NCBI GenBank assembly: GCA_029259915.1
Contig: JAJDED010000036.1
Span: forward strand, 7,866-39,865
Reading direction: 5' to 3'
Source: Planctomycetota bacterium
Lineage (GTDB): Bacteria > Planctomycetota > Planctomycetia > Pirellulales > Lacipirellulaceae
Length of the DNA: 32,000 nucleotides
The notes beneath the pieces are model-generated. The model was not told the DNA's origin. It was given only the letters and a program-made list of their open reading frames with translations, and did not search any database. The translations under genes and the position numbers were made by a program. Below, one piece after another: positions 24,906 through 32,000 of the stretch; the stretch's first letter is position 1; each line of letters opens with the position of its first letter.

Positions 24906-25958
24906 ATGACCGAAAACTCGTCCCATCTCTGGAGTCTGTGCATTGGCCGTTGGAATGGCCTGGAGTTGCGGCTCCACATTTTGCTTCCGCTATTAGGACT
25001 CTTCGGATTGCTCGTGGTGGTGGATTGGGGCGTTTCCGAGTTGCGGATGCTTGCTTGGGGATCGGTAGTGCTGGTCTGTAGCATTGCTTTGCAAGAAGTG
25101 ATGCGTGTGGTTGCAGCACACCGCGTTGGAGGGCACGCCGACACTGTGGTTCTTGGCCCCGTGGGTGGTTGGACCAAGTTGCATCTCCCCTTCGACCCAC
25201 CAGCGCATATTGCGGCAGCATTAGCTGGTCCAATGACTTTTTGCGCCCTGATGGTTGTAGCCGGCTGCGGGCTTGCCCTCGCGGGCGATCAACATGTTTT
25301 CCGTTTGATGAATCCGTGCAACCCCCAAATCGATAGTTTCTCTTCCGCACAATCCACGTTGTTGGTGATTGGGCAACTCACAGTTTGGATCAATTGCTGT
25401 TACCTGCTGATTAGTCTTTTGCCGATTGAACCTTGCGCAGGCGCGGAACTGTTGCAGGGCGTGCTTTGGCCCGTGGTGGGTCGTGCAACTGCTGCGACAG
25501 CTACCTCGCAAATTTCGCTGGGCGGAGCAGTTTTCTTTGCCATGTTGGCGCTGATCTTGCTCCAAGTTACGCCTAACGGACAAGTGCCATACTGGTTTCC
25601 GCTGTCAGGTATTTCGGTTTTCCTACTCTATGGCGGATGTCGGAACGCTCAAGCGAGACGTTATGACGTGGGATTGGCAATCGATCAATTTGATTCCGAC
25701 GATGAAGATTGGCTCATCAGCGAATGGATTGAAGAGGACCGAGAAGCTGTGCTTGTGGAAACCATGCCCGATAAACAGCAGGAACGGATCGACCATAAAC
25801 GCCGTGAGCGCGAAGCGACCGAAGATGCCCGCGTCGACGATATTTTGGCCCGGCTGCATGATCTGGGCTTTGGCAAGCTTTCCGAAGAAGATCGAGCAAT
25901 CCTCAAGCGGGCCAGTCGACGTTATCGCCAGCGTCGCTCCTTCGAACAAGATTCTTGA
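24906..25958 (+). CDS. M50/site-2-protease-like membrane protein with degenerate metal-binding motifs, plus a charged cytoplasmic tail
   Basis: The M50 topology and spacing are retained: SIALQEVMRVVAAHRVGG...VLGPVGGW corresponds to xxHExxHxxxAxxxG...LxPxGG, and NCCYLLISLLPIEPCAGAELL corresponds to NxxxxxxNLLPxxPLDGG. The two His and the Asp are replaced. Confidence 0.7.
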   Translation: MTENSSHLWSLCIGRWNGLELRLHILLPLLGLFGLLVVVDWGVSELRMLAWGSVVLVCSIALQEVMRVVAAHRVGGHADTVVLGPVGGWTKLHLPFDPPAHIAAALAGPMTFCALMVVAGCGLALAGDQHVFRLMNPCNPQIDSFSSAQSTLLVIGQLTVWINCCYLLISLLPIEPCAGAELLQGVLWPVVGRATAATATSQISLGGAVFFAMLALILLQVTPNGQVPYWFPLSGISVFLLYGGCRNAQARRYDVGLAIDQFDSDDEDWLISEWIEEDREAVLVETMPDKQQERIDHKRREREATEDARVDDILARLHDLGFGKLSEEDRAILKRASRRYRQRRSFEQDS

Positions 25959-26278
25959 AGCACCCGCCAATTTTTGTGTTCGAGAAATCGCTTCCTGGCT
26001 CTCTGTCGGAGGGATCTACATTCCCTACCGGGAATCTGGCTTTTTCCTGCTAGAAGCTTTTTCTGCATTTTTTACGCATCAATAACGGTCTAGCCCGCAC
26101 ATTCGTACCCAGTCTGGTCTGCTCCACCGAATCATCAGCCACCGTAGCGGGCTAATGTCCATTCTACCTCGTATGTTTCTGATGAGATGCCATGTGCTTG
26201 GCATCGGTTGAGCCCAGGGTCTAGAGCCAGATTCAGAACCAAGTTGGGGTTCACAATTCTCGAGGATTGTGACGCCGC

Positions 26279-28054
26279 TTGGCAGTTTTGGAATGGGTTC
26301 TAGTTAGTTTTTTTCTCCTACTGCGCATTTTCGCGATGTTGCCAGAAACACCATTGGAATCTGTTGTGCCATTCACTCCCGCATCTTTGGGAGTGGATCT
26401 CTGCGGCTGCGCGAAGGATAAACCATCCCACAAAACACCGCACGTTCGCGCCGCATTCCATGCCCTGTCGCAGGCATTCGCAAAGCCATTTTCCGTTGTC
26501 GACATCGAGAGTGGTGAAATTGTCTACGCCGAGTCGGAAAGCTTCCCCTGCGATCTTACAGGTCGGTTAGGCCTGTTGGCCGAAGTTTCTCGTTCAGGAA
26601 AGCCAGCGATCATCGAGGATGTCTCGCCGCTGTTGATGTTTGCTGTCCCTCTGCTTTCGTTGCCCGTTGATCCTCCTTTGGTAGCTGTTGGCGTATTTGC
26701 TTACGAGCACGTCGAGAATCAGAAACAAATGGCTGCTGCCGCGCATGCATTTGGAGTCGATTCAGAGCGTGCCTTGAATTGGATAGCGAACCAAACTCTC
26801 TGGCCACCGAGAGCCCTGCTGCAACTAGGCGAGGCCGTGATTCAGAATTTGGTTCAAGAAAACCAAATCAAACGTTTGCATCACGAAATTAATGATGCAG
26901 TTGGACACGCAAGAGACACCTATATCGAGTTGGCGCTGCTACACCGGTTGACCCGGCACTTGCATCTTTCTGAAAGCGAAGCTGAGCTTTGGAAAAGCGC
27001 TTTGGCTTGGTTGGCCGATGCCGTGCAGGCGCAAAGTTTGGCGCTAGTATCCCACCATTCGACGAACGTTAAGTCCCAGCGATTTCAGATTGAAGATCCA
27101 AGCGGAGTATTGACTCAGGGCGAATGTCCCACAGAGAAAGCAAATCTTCAGCGGCTAGTTTCGCAACTGGGGTCCAGAATTCACGAAAGTCCGCTCGTCC
27201 TGAATCGTGCAGAAACATCGCTACCCACGTGGGGCTTTCCCGAAATACGAGAGCTCGTGTGCGTCCCAGTCCGGGTAGGCACGCAACTGATGGGTTGGCT
27301 GCTAGCGCTGAATCACCAAGGAACTGCTGGCGAGGAATTCAGCACTTTCGGCTCTGTCGAGATTCGGCTCCTGAGTAGTGTGAGTACGATCCTGGGGATC
27401 CACATCAGCAATTTAGATCTATACCAACAACAGGCGGAACTGTTCTCCGGAGCAGTTCGAGCACTTTCTTCGACCATCGATGCCAAAGACCGCTATACGT
27501 CGGGACATAGCGATCGCGTGGCCCGTGTATCCGTCTCGCTGGCCGATACGTTAGGACTCGACAAGCAAAAGCAAGATTTGATCTATCTTGCTGGTTTGCT
27601 ACACGACATCGGGAAAATTGGCATCGACGATCAAGTATTGAATAAACCGGGCGTTTTAACCGACGAAGAGTTTGAGCACATCAAGCAACATCCACAATTC
27701 GGCTACGACATCCTCAAGGGAGTCCGGTCGCTGGAAAGTATTTTGCCGGTCGTTCTCCATCATCACGAGGCTTGGAACGGCAATGGTTATCCCTCCGGCT
27801 TGAAGGGCAAGGAAACGCCTCAAGTTGCACGGATTGTTGCGGTCGCCGATGCGTTTGATGCCATGTCTAGCGATCGGCCCTATCGCAAGGGGATGTCCGA
27901 CGAAAAGCTCGATTCAATTTTTCGAGAGGGAGCCGGTTCGCAATGGGATCCCGAGGTCGTTGAAGCGTTCTTCTCGATTCGAGATAAGATCAGCGAGATC
28001 TCCAATTCTGAACCGGTCGAAATGCCTTGCCCGACTCCTGTGCCCGGGTGCTGA
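26279..28054 (+). CDS. HD-GYP-domain protein with N-terminal GAF-like sensor region (putative cyclic-di-GMP phosphodiesterase/signalling protein)
   Basis: HSDRVARV, LLHDIGKIGI, HHHEAWNGNGYPSGL and AVADAFDAMSSDRPYR are present. A GAF-like segment is LVCVPVRVGTQLMGWLLALN. The TTG start at 26279 is uncertain, and the ATG at 26336 is an alternative. Confidence 0.85.
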   Translation: MAVLEWVLVSFFLLLRIFAMLPETPLESVVPFTPASLGVDLCGCAKDKPSHKTPHVRAAFHALSQAFAKPFSVVDIESGEIVYAESESFPCDLTGRLGLLAEVSRSGKPAIIEDVSPLLMFAVPLLSLPVDPPLVAVGVFAYEHVENQKQMAAAAHAFGVDSERALNWIANQTLWPPRALLQLGEAVIQNLVQENQIKRLHHEINDAVGHARDTYIELALLHRLTRHLHLSESEAELWKSALAWLADAVQAQSLALVSHHSTNVKSQRFQIEDPSGVLTQGECPTEKANLQRLVSQLGSRIHESPLVLNRAETSLPTWGFPEIRELVCVPVRVGTQLMGWLLALNHQGTAGEEFSTFGSVEIRLLSSVSTILGIHISNLDLYQQQAELFSGAVRALSSTIDAKDRYTSGHSDRVARVSVSLADTLGLDKQKQDLIYLAGLLHDIGKIGIDDQVLNKPGVLTDEEFEHIKQHPQFGYDILKGVRSLESILPVVLHHHEAWNGNGYPSGLKGKETPQVARIVAVADAFDAMSSDRPYRKGMSDEKLDSIFREGAGSQWDPEVVEAFFSIRDKISEISNSEPVEMPCPTPVPGC

Positions 28055-28151
28055 TCCGATAGGGATACCCTATTTAGGTGACTACTTTTCGCAAACTCAA
28101 GTTTCCGACTTGACTCCTGTTGCCAGCACCGTCCCCATGTAGAATGTCGGC

Positions 28152-28640
28152 ATGGCCCGTCTAGTGGAAGAACGAGAAGACTTGCTGCGCGATGCATCTG
28201 CGCTCGTCCCGCGTATTGAATTGCACACTTCAATCCATGGTCAGCGCTGCGAAGTGTTTGCGGGGTTTCGCAAAGAAAACGCGCTAAGCCTCTATTTCGA
28301 CACGGAGCCGGTCTACCATTTCAATAGCCGCGGCGAACTCCGCCGGGCTTTTGTCGATGGGCAACTTATCAAAGCTCAAGAAGGAAAATTGGTCGTCTGG
28401 CAGCCGCGACGAACCTCGGACATTACCGAGATGATGAGCCATCAATGCGACGACCAACAGCACCAACAATTCTGCGCGAAGCTGCTTGGCTATCTACAAG
28501 AGTTCAATGAAGCACTCGACTCCGACAATTTTACTGTGGCAGGACAAGTGCCGGCAGATGCAGATGCGCTGTTGAGACTTAGGCAGTGGTTGGACGAAGT
28601 TTCGCAAATAGCGATCGCCGATTCGCCTCACGTGAAATAA
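28152..28640 (+). CDS. Hypothetical protein (162 aa, no recognisable motif)
   Basis: A clean ATG ORF with typical local composition and no competing ORF of similar quality. I recognise no family. Confidence 0.5.
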   Translation: MARLVEEREDLLRDASALVPRIELHTSIHGQRCEVFAGFRKENALSLYFDTEPVYHFNSRGELRRAFVDGQLIKAQEGKLVVWQPRRTSDITEMMSHQCDDQQHQQFCAKLLGYLQEFNEALDSDNFTVAGQVPADADALLRLRQWLDEVSQIAIADSPHVK

Positions 28641-28660
28641 TGCCGACCCGTGCTGAAAAT

Positions 28661-29653
28661 TTACGCCCCGGCTGCGGGAGTCGCGATTACTTTTGCTTGG
28701 CCACAATCGCTTTCTAGCATGGCTCCCAGTTCAAAAGCTCCTCGGCGCAGCATGCACAGTGCTAAGGGACTTTCCAACCGCGGGGACCAACAAGAAGTGG
28801 TCACTGTACCGACCTCCTGCCCCTCGTGTAGTAGTTGAATCCCCGGTTGCGGAATTTCTTTTGCCGAAAACTGAAGCGTCACCAGCTTTCTGTTCACATG
28901 CCCCAACGCATCGAGGCGAGCGATAGTTTCCTGCCCCAAATAGCAACCCTTGGTAAAACTGATTGCCTGCCGGTCGCGTGCCACTTCCTGCGGGAGGTTG
29001 CCTTCGGTAAAGTCGACGCCAAACAACGGCAGTCCCGCTTCAACTCGCACCGTGGTCCACCAGTTGTCGCTGCACGCCACAGCACCAGCCTCGCAAAGTG
29101 CTGCACGGAATTTTGCGGCATGATTTTCTGAGCAACAAACAAAAAAAGCGTTCTGCCCCGGCATGTCGCATCGCATCAACAATCCTTCACCCGTCTCCGA
29201 ACAAAATCTCGCATTCTGCCACGGTTGCCATGCACAGGAATCTATCCCAGCCAGGTGCTCAAAGACTTTGTTGCACTTTTCCCCGGCGAGGAAACTCCAC
29301 GATTGGCTTTCCGTTTCATCTTCCAACTGCACATCTTCGCGGATGATATAACGATCCAAGTGGCTGACGATCTTTCCCGCTTGGCCTGGAACCATCAGCA
29401 ACGTCAGACGATCTTCCTGCATTGAGGCAAAGGCATGTGCCACAATCTTGCCTTTGACATCGGTAAGAAACAATTCGCAGCCTTCCCCGCAACCGCGCTT
29501 GCGAATATCGTTGGTACACATGTTGTGCAGAAAGTCGCTGCGGTCTTTGCCGACTAGCGTTACGGTCGACCAGTTTTGCAGTTCAAAGAGGCCGCACTCT
29601 GCGAGTGCCGCTTGATACTCCGCAACGGACGAGTCGATGAGGTTAGAGTCCAT
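28661..29653 (-). CDS. YgfZ-like folate-binding protein (GcvT fold)
   Basis: The YgfZ signature FTKGCYLGQETIARL (KGCYxGQE) is present, the length is ~330 aa, and there is N-terminal GcvT-like sequence (VTLVGKDRSDFLHNMCTNDI). It starts 6 nt after the upstream gene's stop. Confidence 0.75.
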   Translation of the reverse strand: MDSNLIDSSVAEYQAALAECGLFELQNWSTVTLVGKDRSDFLHNMCTNDIRKRGCGEGCELFLTDVKGKIVAHAFASMQEDRLTLLMVPGQAGKIVSHLDRYIIREDVQLEDETESQSWSFLAGEKCNKVFEHLAGIDSCAWQPWQNARFCSETGEGLLMRCDMPGQNAFFVCCSENHAAKFRAALCEAGAVACSDNWWTTVRVEAGLPLFGVDFTEGNLPQEVARDRQAISFTKGCYLGQETIARLDALGHVNRKLVTLQFSAKEIPQPGIQLLHEGQEVGTVTTSCWSPRLESPLALCMLRRGAFELGAMLESDCGQAKVIATPAAGA

Positions 29654-29659
29654 GGCGTC

Positions 29660-30865
29660 TCAATTGCTCGCGCTATTTATGTGCGACATTTGCGTAGACG
29701 CATCGTTGCTGTCGAGGTTCAAACGATGTGCATCTTCAAGCACAACACAGTGCTGATGGGATTCAACCAAGCGGACCAGTTCGTCATCGCTAGAAATGGG
29801 CGCCACTGCAAAACTTTCCACCACTTCGTCCGCTAGTTGGCTACGCAGATAAACGGGGCCTCGGTCCAACGCTCGGCATACCTGCAAGGCAACCCAACTG
29901 TCGGTGTAAGAGTCGTTCAGGATTTGCTGTTCCACGCGCGCGTAATCTGTATTCTTGGCAAGTCGGGCTAGCGATCGCCCTGGCGGCTCGGCAAGTTGCG
30001 AGTCAATTGCAACTGCGCCGCCCGGTTTTATCACCGTTTCGGCAGCAGCAAGCGCCTGACCAATGTTGCGCCAGGAATGTTCGCCCGCTTCGCCGTGGAG
30101 GATAAGAATTGCCAAATCGGCGGAACTCGAAACTTCGCGCTGCCAGATTTTGCGATATCGCTTCACCCCTTCTCTGGCCACAACGTCGGGAGCACCTGCA
30201 AGAACGTTCGCAATCGTTCCCTGGGGACCGGGCACAACTGCCACCTCAATACCAACTCCCAATAGCCAGCCTGATTCGTAAATTTTGTTACGGTCTTTCA
30301 TCTGTTGCGACTTTTTGCGACCTGACAAATTCCGCGAATGGCGATCGATGGTTTCTTGATCGCAAAACTGTGGAAAGATCGCACGGAACGGGCCCTCATA
30401 CTCATCCGCGTTGCTAGGGGCAACTGCCACACCCACGGGCAAAACAATATCGGCTTCCGAAAGCTTTCGATTCATTCGCAGCGGGTACCCTGCTTGAGTC
30501 ACGCCGATCATAGCGCAATTGCTTTCGTCGGTTGGATCATGAATTTCCACCACCGTCGCGCCAAACGCGTTTCCAGAAAGGCTAGCCGATTCATTCGGCC
30601 ACATTAGCGTCACATGGGAATCATCGATCCCCGATTCGCGCAGCGCCGCCAACAAGCCTTCGACCACCTGCTCGCAGCAAGGAATGTCACTGGACAATGG
30701 CACCACCACGCGGTCGCCCGGCACGGTTGCTTCCGCAAGCGGCGGATAGCCAATCGGATTGCGCAGCGCCGCACGCACCGCATCGGCAATCTCCGAACGA
30801 TCAAGCGTTTTTTTCGCACTGGCGCAGATTGTGGTCACGTTGTCCAAGTCCGATAAACGACTCAT
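29660..30865 (-). CDS. LarA-like (DUF2088, lactate-racemase N-terminal domain) protein, apparently lacking LarA catalytic residues
   Basis: The N-terminus AVRAALRNPIGYPPLAEATVPGDRVVVPLSS matches the LarA_N pattern (xLxNPIGxxxLxExxxxxxxVxIxxxD). ATG at 30865, with a GTG one codon upstream. Confidence 0.6.
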   Translation of the reverse strand: MSRLSDLDNVTTICASAKKTLDRSEIADAVRAALRNPIGYPPLAEATVPGDRVVVPLSSDIPCCEQVVEGLLAALRESGIDDSHVTLMWPNESASLSGNAFGATVVEIHDPTDESNCAMIGVTQAGYPLRMNRKLSEADIVLPVGVAVAPSNADEYEGPFRAIFPQFCDQETIDRHSRNLSGRKKSQQMKDRNKIYESGWLLGVGIEVAVVPGPQGTIANVLAGAPDVVAREGVKRYRKIWQREVSSSADLAILILHGEAGEHSWRNIGQALAAAETVIKPGGAVAIDSQLAEPPGRSLARLAKNTDYARVEQQILNDSYTDSWVALQVCRALDRGPVYLRSQLADEVVESFAVAPISSDDELVRLVESHQHCVVLEDAHRLNLDSNDASTQMSHINSASN

Positions 30866-31016
30866 CACGAGGGCTTTGCCTTTCCAATTGCTTGTGATAT
30901 TTTAACTACCGTATTGGCGCACTGTCGGTTGCTTTGGTCAAGTGCCGAGAACTTGCTAACTCGCCGTTTTTTGCAAACCGTGCCTTTTGCGATTCCCGCC
31001 TATTCGAGGAAGAAAA

Positions 31017-32000
31017 ATGTCGATTTCAACGGAACAGATGGTCTCCTGGTGTGAAAATCTGCTCGCGGGCCGCGCTGCCGCCCCGGAGCTAGAATTGGTC
31101 GATTATCTCGGAGCAATCCCTCGTCTGGAATCCCTGAGCGATTTGCCTTCCGGAACGACCGTTGCCATTCGGGGCGACGTCGATGCCAAGCCGGGCGCAA
31201 ACATCGGCGAGGGCGACATTCGTCTGCGGTCGATGGTCGAAACGCTCCAATTCGGGTTCGAGCGCGGCTGGAAGCTGATTGTCTTCGGACACATTGGACG
31301 CAAGCCCGAGGGCAGTCTCGACAAGGTTGCAAAGCGTCTTGGCGAGCTCTTGCAGTGCGATGTTCCGCTCGTGACCGATTGGCTTGATGAAACAACATCG
31401 ACGATTGCCGACTCGGCAGCCGAACAGATTCAAGCGGCAGCGCCGGGGTCGGTGTTGATGTTAGAAAACACGCGCCGCTACGACATCGAACGCACGCTCT
31501 GGAAAGCCACTGCCGGCGATGTACCGAAGCTTGCTGAAAATTTAGCGACGTTTGCCAACGACTTCTCGAAAAAAATTGCCAATGTTTACATCCACGAGGC
31601 ATTGTCTGCCGGGAGCATGGATGCATCGAGCACCGTTTTGCCAGCGGCAATGGACCAAGTGGCCATGGGCCGCTACGAAGCCAGCGAATTCGACGGTCCC
31701 ATGCGGCAATGCCTGGCAACCAAGTTGGTTGTCTTTAGCGGATTGAAAATCGATAAGCTCGACGATCTGCAAGCGATGATCGGTCGGGGCACGATTCGAC
31801 ACGTATTTACCGCCGGCTCGTTAGCGATGGCGCTGAAAAAAGCAATCGGCGAACTCGACGGAAACCCTTGCTGTTTAGGCCTCGCTGAAGACCCCGACCA
31901 TGCCGATAAGCCTTACTTCATTCCGAACGAGCGCATCGAGCAAGCCAAGCAAATGGTTCGCGAGGGGCGCAGCAAAGGAATCGAATTTGTCGTTCCAGTC
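31017..32000 (+). CDS. Divergent phosphoglycerate-kinase-fold protein (3'-truncated by the window edge)
   Basis: My own translation gives 328 codons open to the window edge; this ORF is not in the supplied track. PGK-like blocks are present: TTVAIRGDVDAKP, IRLRSMVETLQF, KLIVFGHIGRKPEG, VLMLENTRRYDIE, VVFSGLKIDKLDDLQAMIGRG..FTAGSLAMALKKA and GIEFVVPV. GAGGA lies 6 nt upstream of the ATG. Confidence 0.7.
   Translation, partial: MSISTEQMVSWCENLLAGRAAAPELELVDYLGAIPRLESLSDLPSGTTVAIRGDVDAKPGANIGEGDIRLRSMVETLQFGFERGWKLIVFGHIGRKPEGSLDKVAKRLGELLQCDVPLVTDWLDETTSTIADSAAEQIQAAAPGSVLMLENTRRYDIERTLWKATAGDVPKLAENLATFANDFSKKIANVYIHEALSAGSMDASSTVLPAAMDQVAMGRYEASEFDGPMRQCLATKLVVFSGLKIDKLDDLQAMIGRGTIRHVFTAGSLAMALKKAIGELDGNPCCLGLAEDPDHADKPYFIPNERIEQAKQMVREGRSKGIEFVVPV

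Noticed and set aside
24120-25350. ORFs 24120-24776 (-) and 24667-25350 (-) overlapping the NUDIX and M50-like genes.
   Set aside because: These alternative or antisense frames give Arg/Gly-rich translations. The NUDIX box and the M50-like TM pattern identify the real frames.
26090-26280. Stem candidates upstream of the HD-GYP gene (tagcccgc/gcgggcta 8-bp stem with a ~48-nt loop; gatgcca/tggcatc hairpin), considered as a tRNA, sRNA or riboswitch.
   Set aside because: There is no tRNA cloverleaf or T-loop consensus (GTTCRANYC) and no riboswitch core that I recognise. The stems are short enough to occur by chance.
31000-31719. 239-aa minus-strand ORF at the right end of the window.
   Set aside because: It is antisense to the PGK-fold ORF (31017-32000 +), which has recognisable family blocks and a GAGGA ribosome-binding site. 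The minus-strand translation is Arg/Cys/Ser-rich without motifs.
1-32000. Search for a defence, toxin-antitoxin, secretion or prophage-type system (nucleases, helicases, methylases, integrases, transposases, phage structural genes).
   Set aside because: None of the credible ORFs shows such motifs. The only mobility-like signals are non-coding repeats and the compositional break at ~2.4 kb, so claiming a novel 'system' would be unsupported.

Overview
This is a 32-kb chromosomal segment. Roughly 55-62% G+C, frequent GTG/TTG starts and unusual low-complexity intergenic hairpins suggest a Planctomycetota (Pirellulales-like) genome. That assignment is inference only.

Most of the window is housekeeping:
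- a phoH / 7TM-HD (PgpH-like) / ybeY / DUF21-CBS-CorC operon (-)
- purA-uppS, then cdsA (-)
- a TrmH-family methyltransferase
- an Opp/Dpp-type ABC importer with SBP and two permeases but no ATPases
- an M20D amidohydrolase, rdgB, sppA (67K type) and a NUDIX hydrolase

I saw no rRNA, tRNA, CRISPR array, transposase, integrase, or recognisable defence or toxin genes. I cannot support a discrete novel multi-gene system from sequence alone.

Items worth a second look:
1. A low-GC block at the left edge (partial mtnA, an mtnB-like aldolase, a TM+ankyrin protein). It ends abruptly at ~2.40-2.46 kb, next to a 46-bp-period tandem duplication and a 48-nt relic of the trmH-like gene found 11 kb away.
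2. Six intergenic hairpins built from purine-rich short sub-repeats, all with the same strand polarity. One supplies the last codons and the stop of the NUDIX gene.
3. A ~240-bp nested inverted-repeat element (MITE-like or structured RNA) at 18.13-18.37 kb.
4. An M50/site-2-protease homologue with all three zinc-ligand positions substituted.
5. A LarA-like (DUF2088) plus YgfZ-like gene pair, divergently transcribed from a strongly diverged phosphoglycerate-kinase-fold paralogue.
6. Smaller motif deviations in CdsA and YbeY.

All functional calls rest on by-eye motif recognition in the supplied translations. No database search was run.
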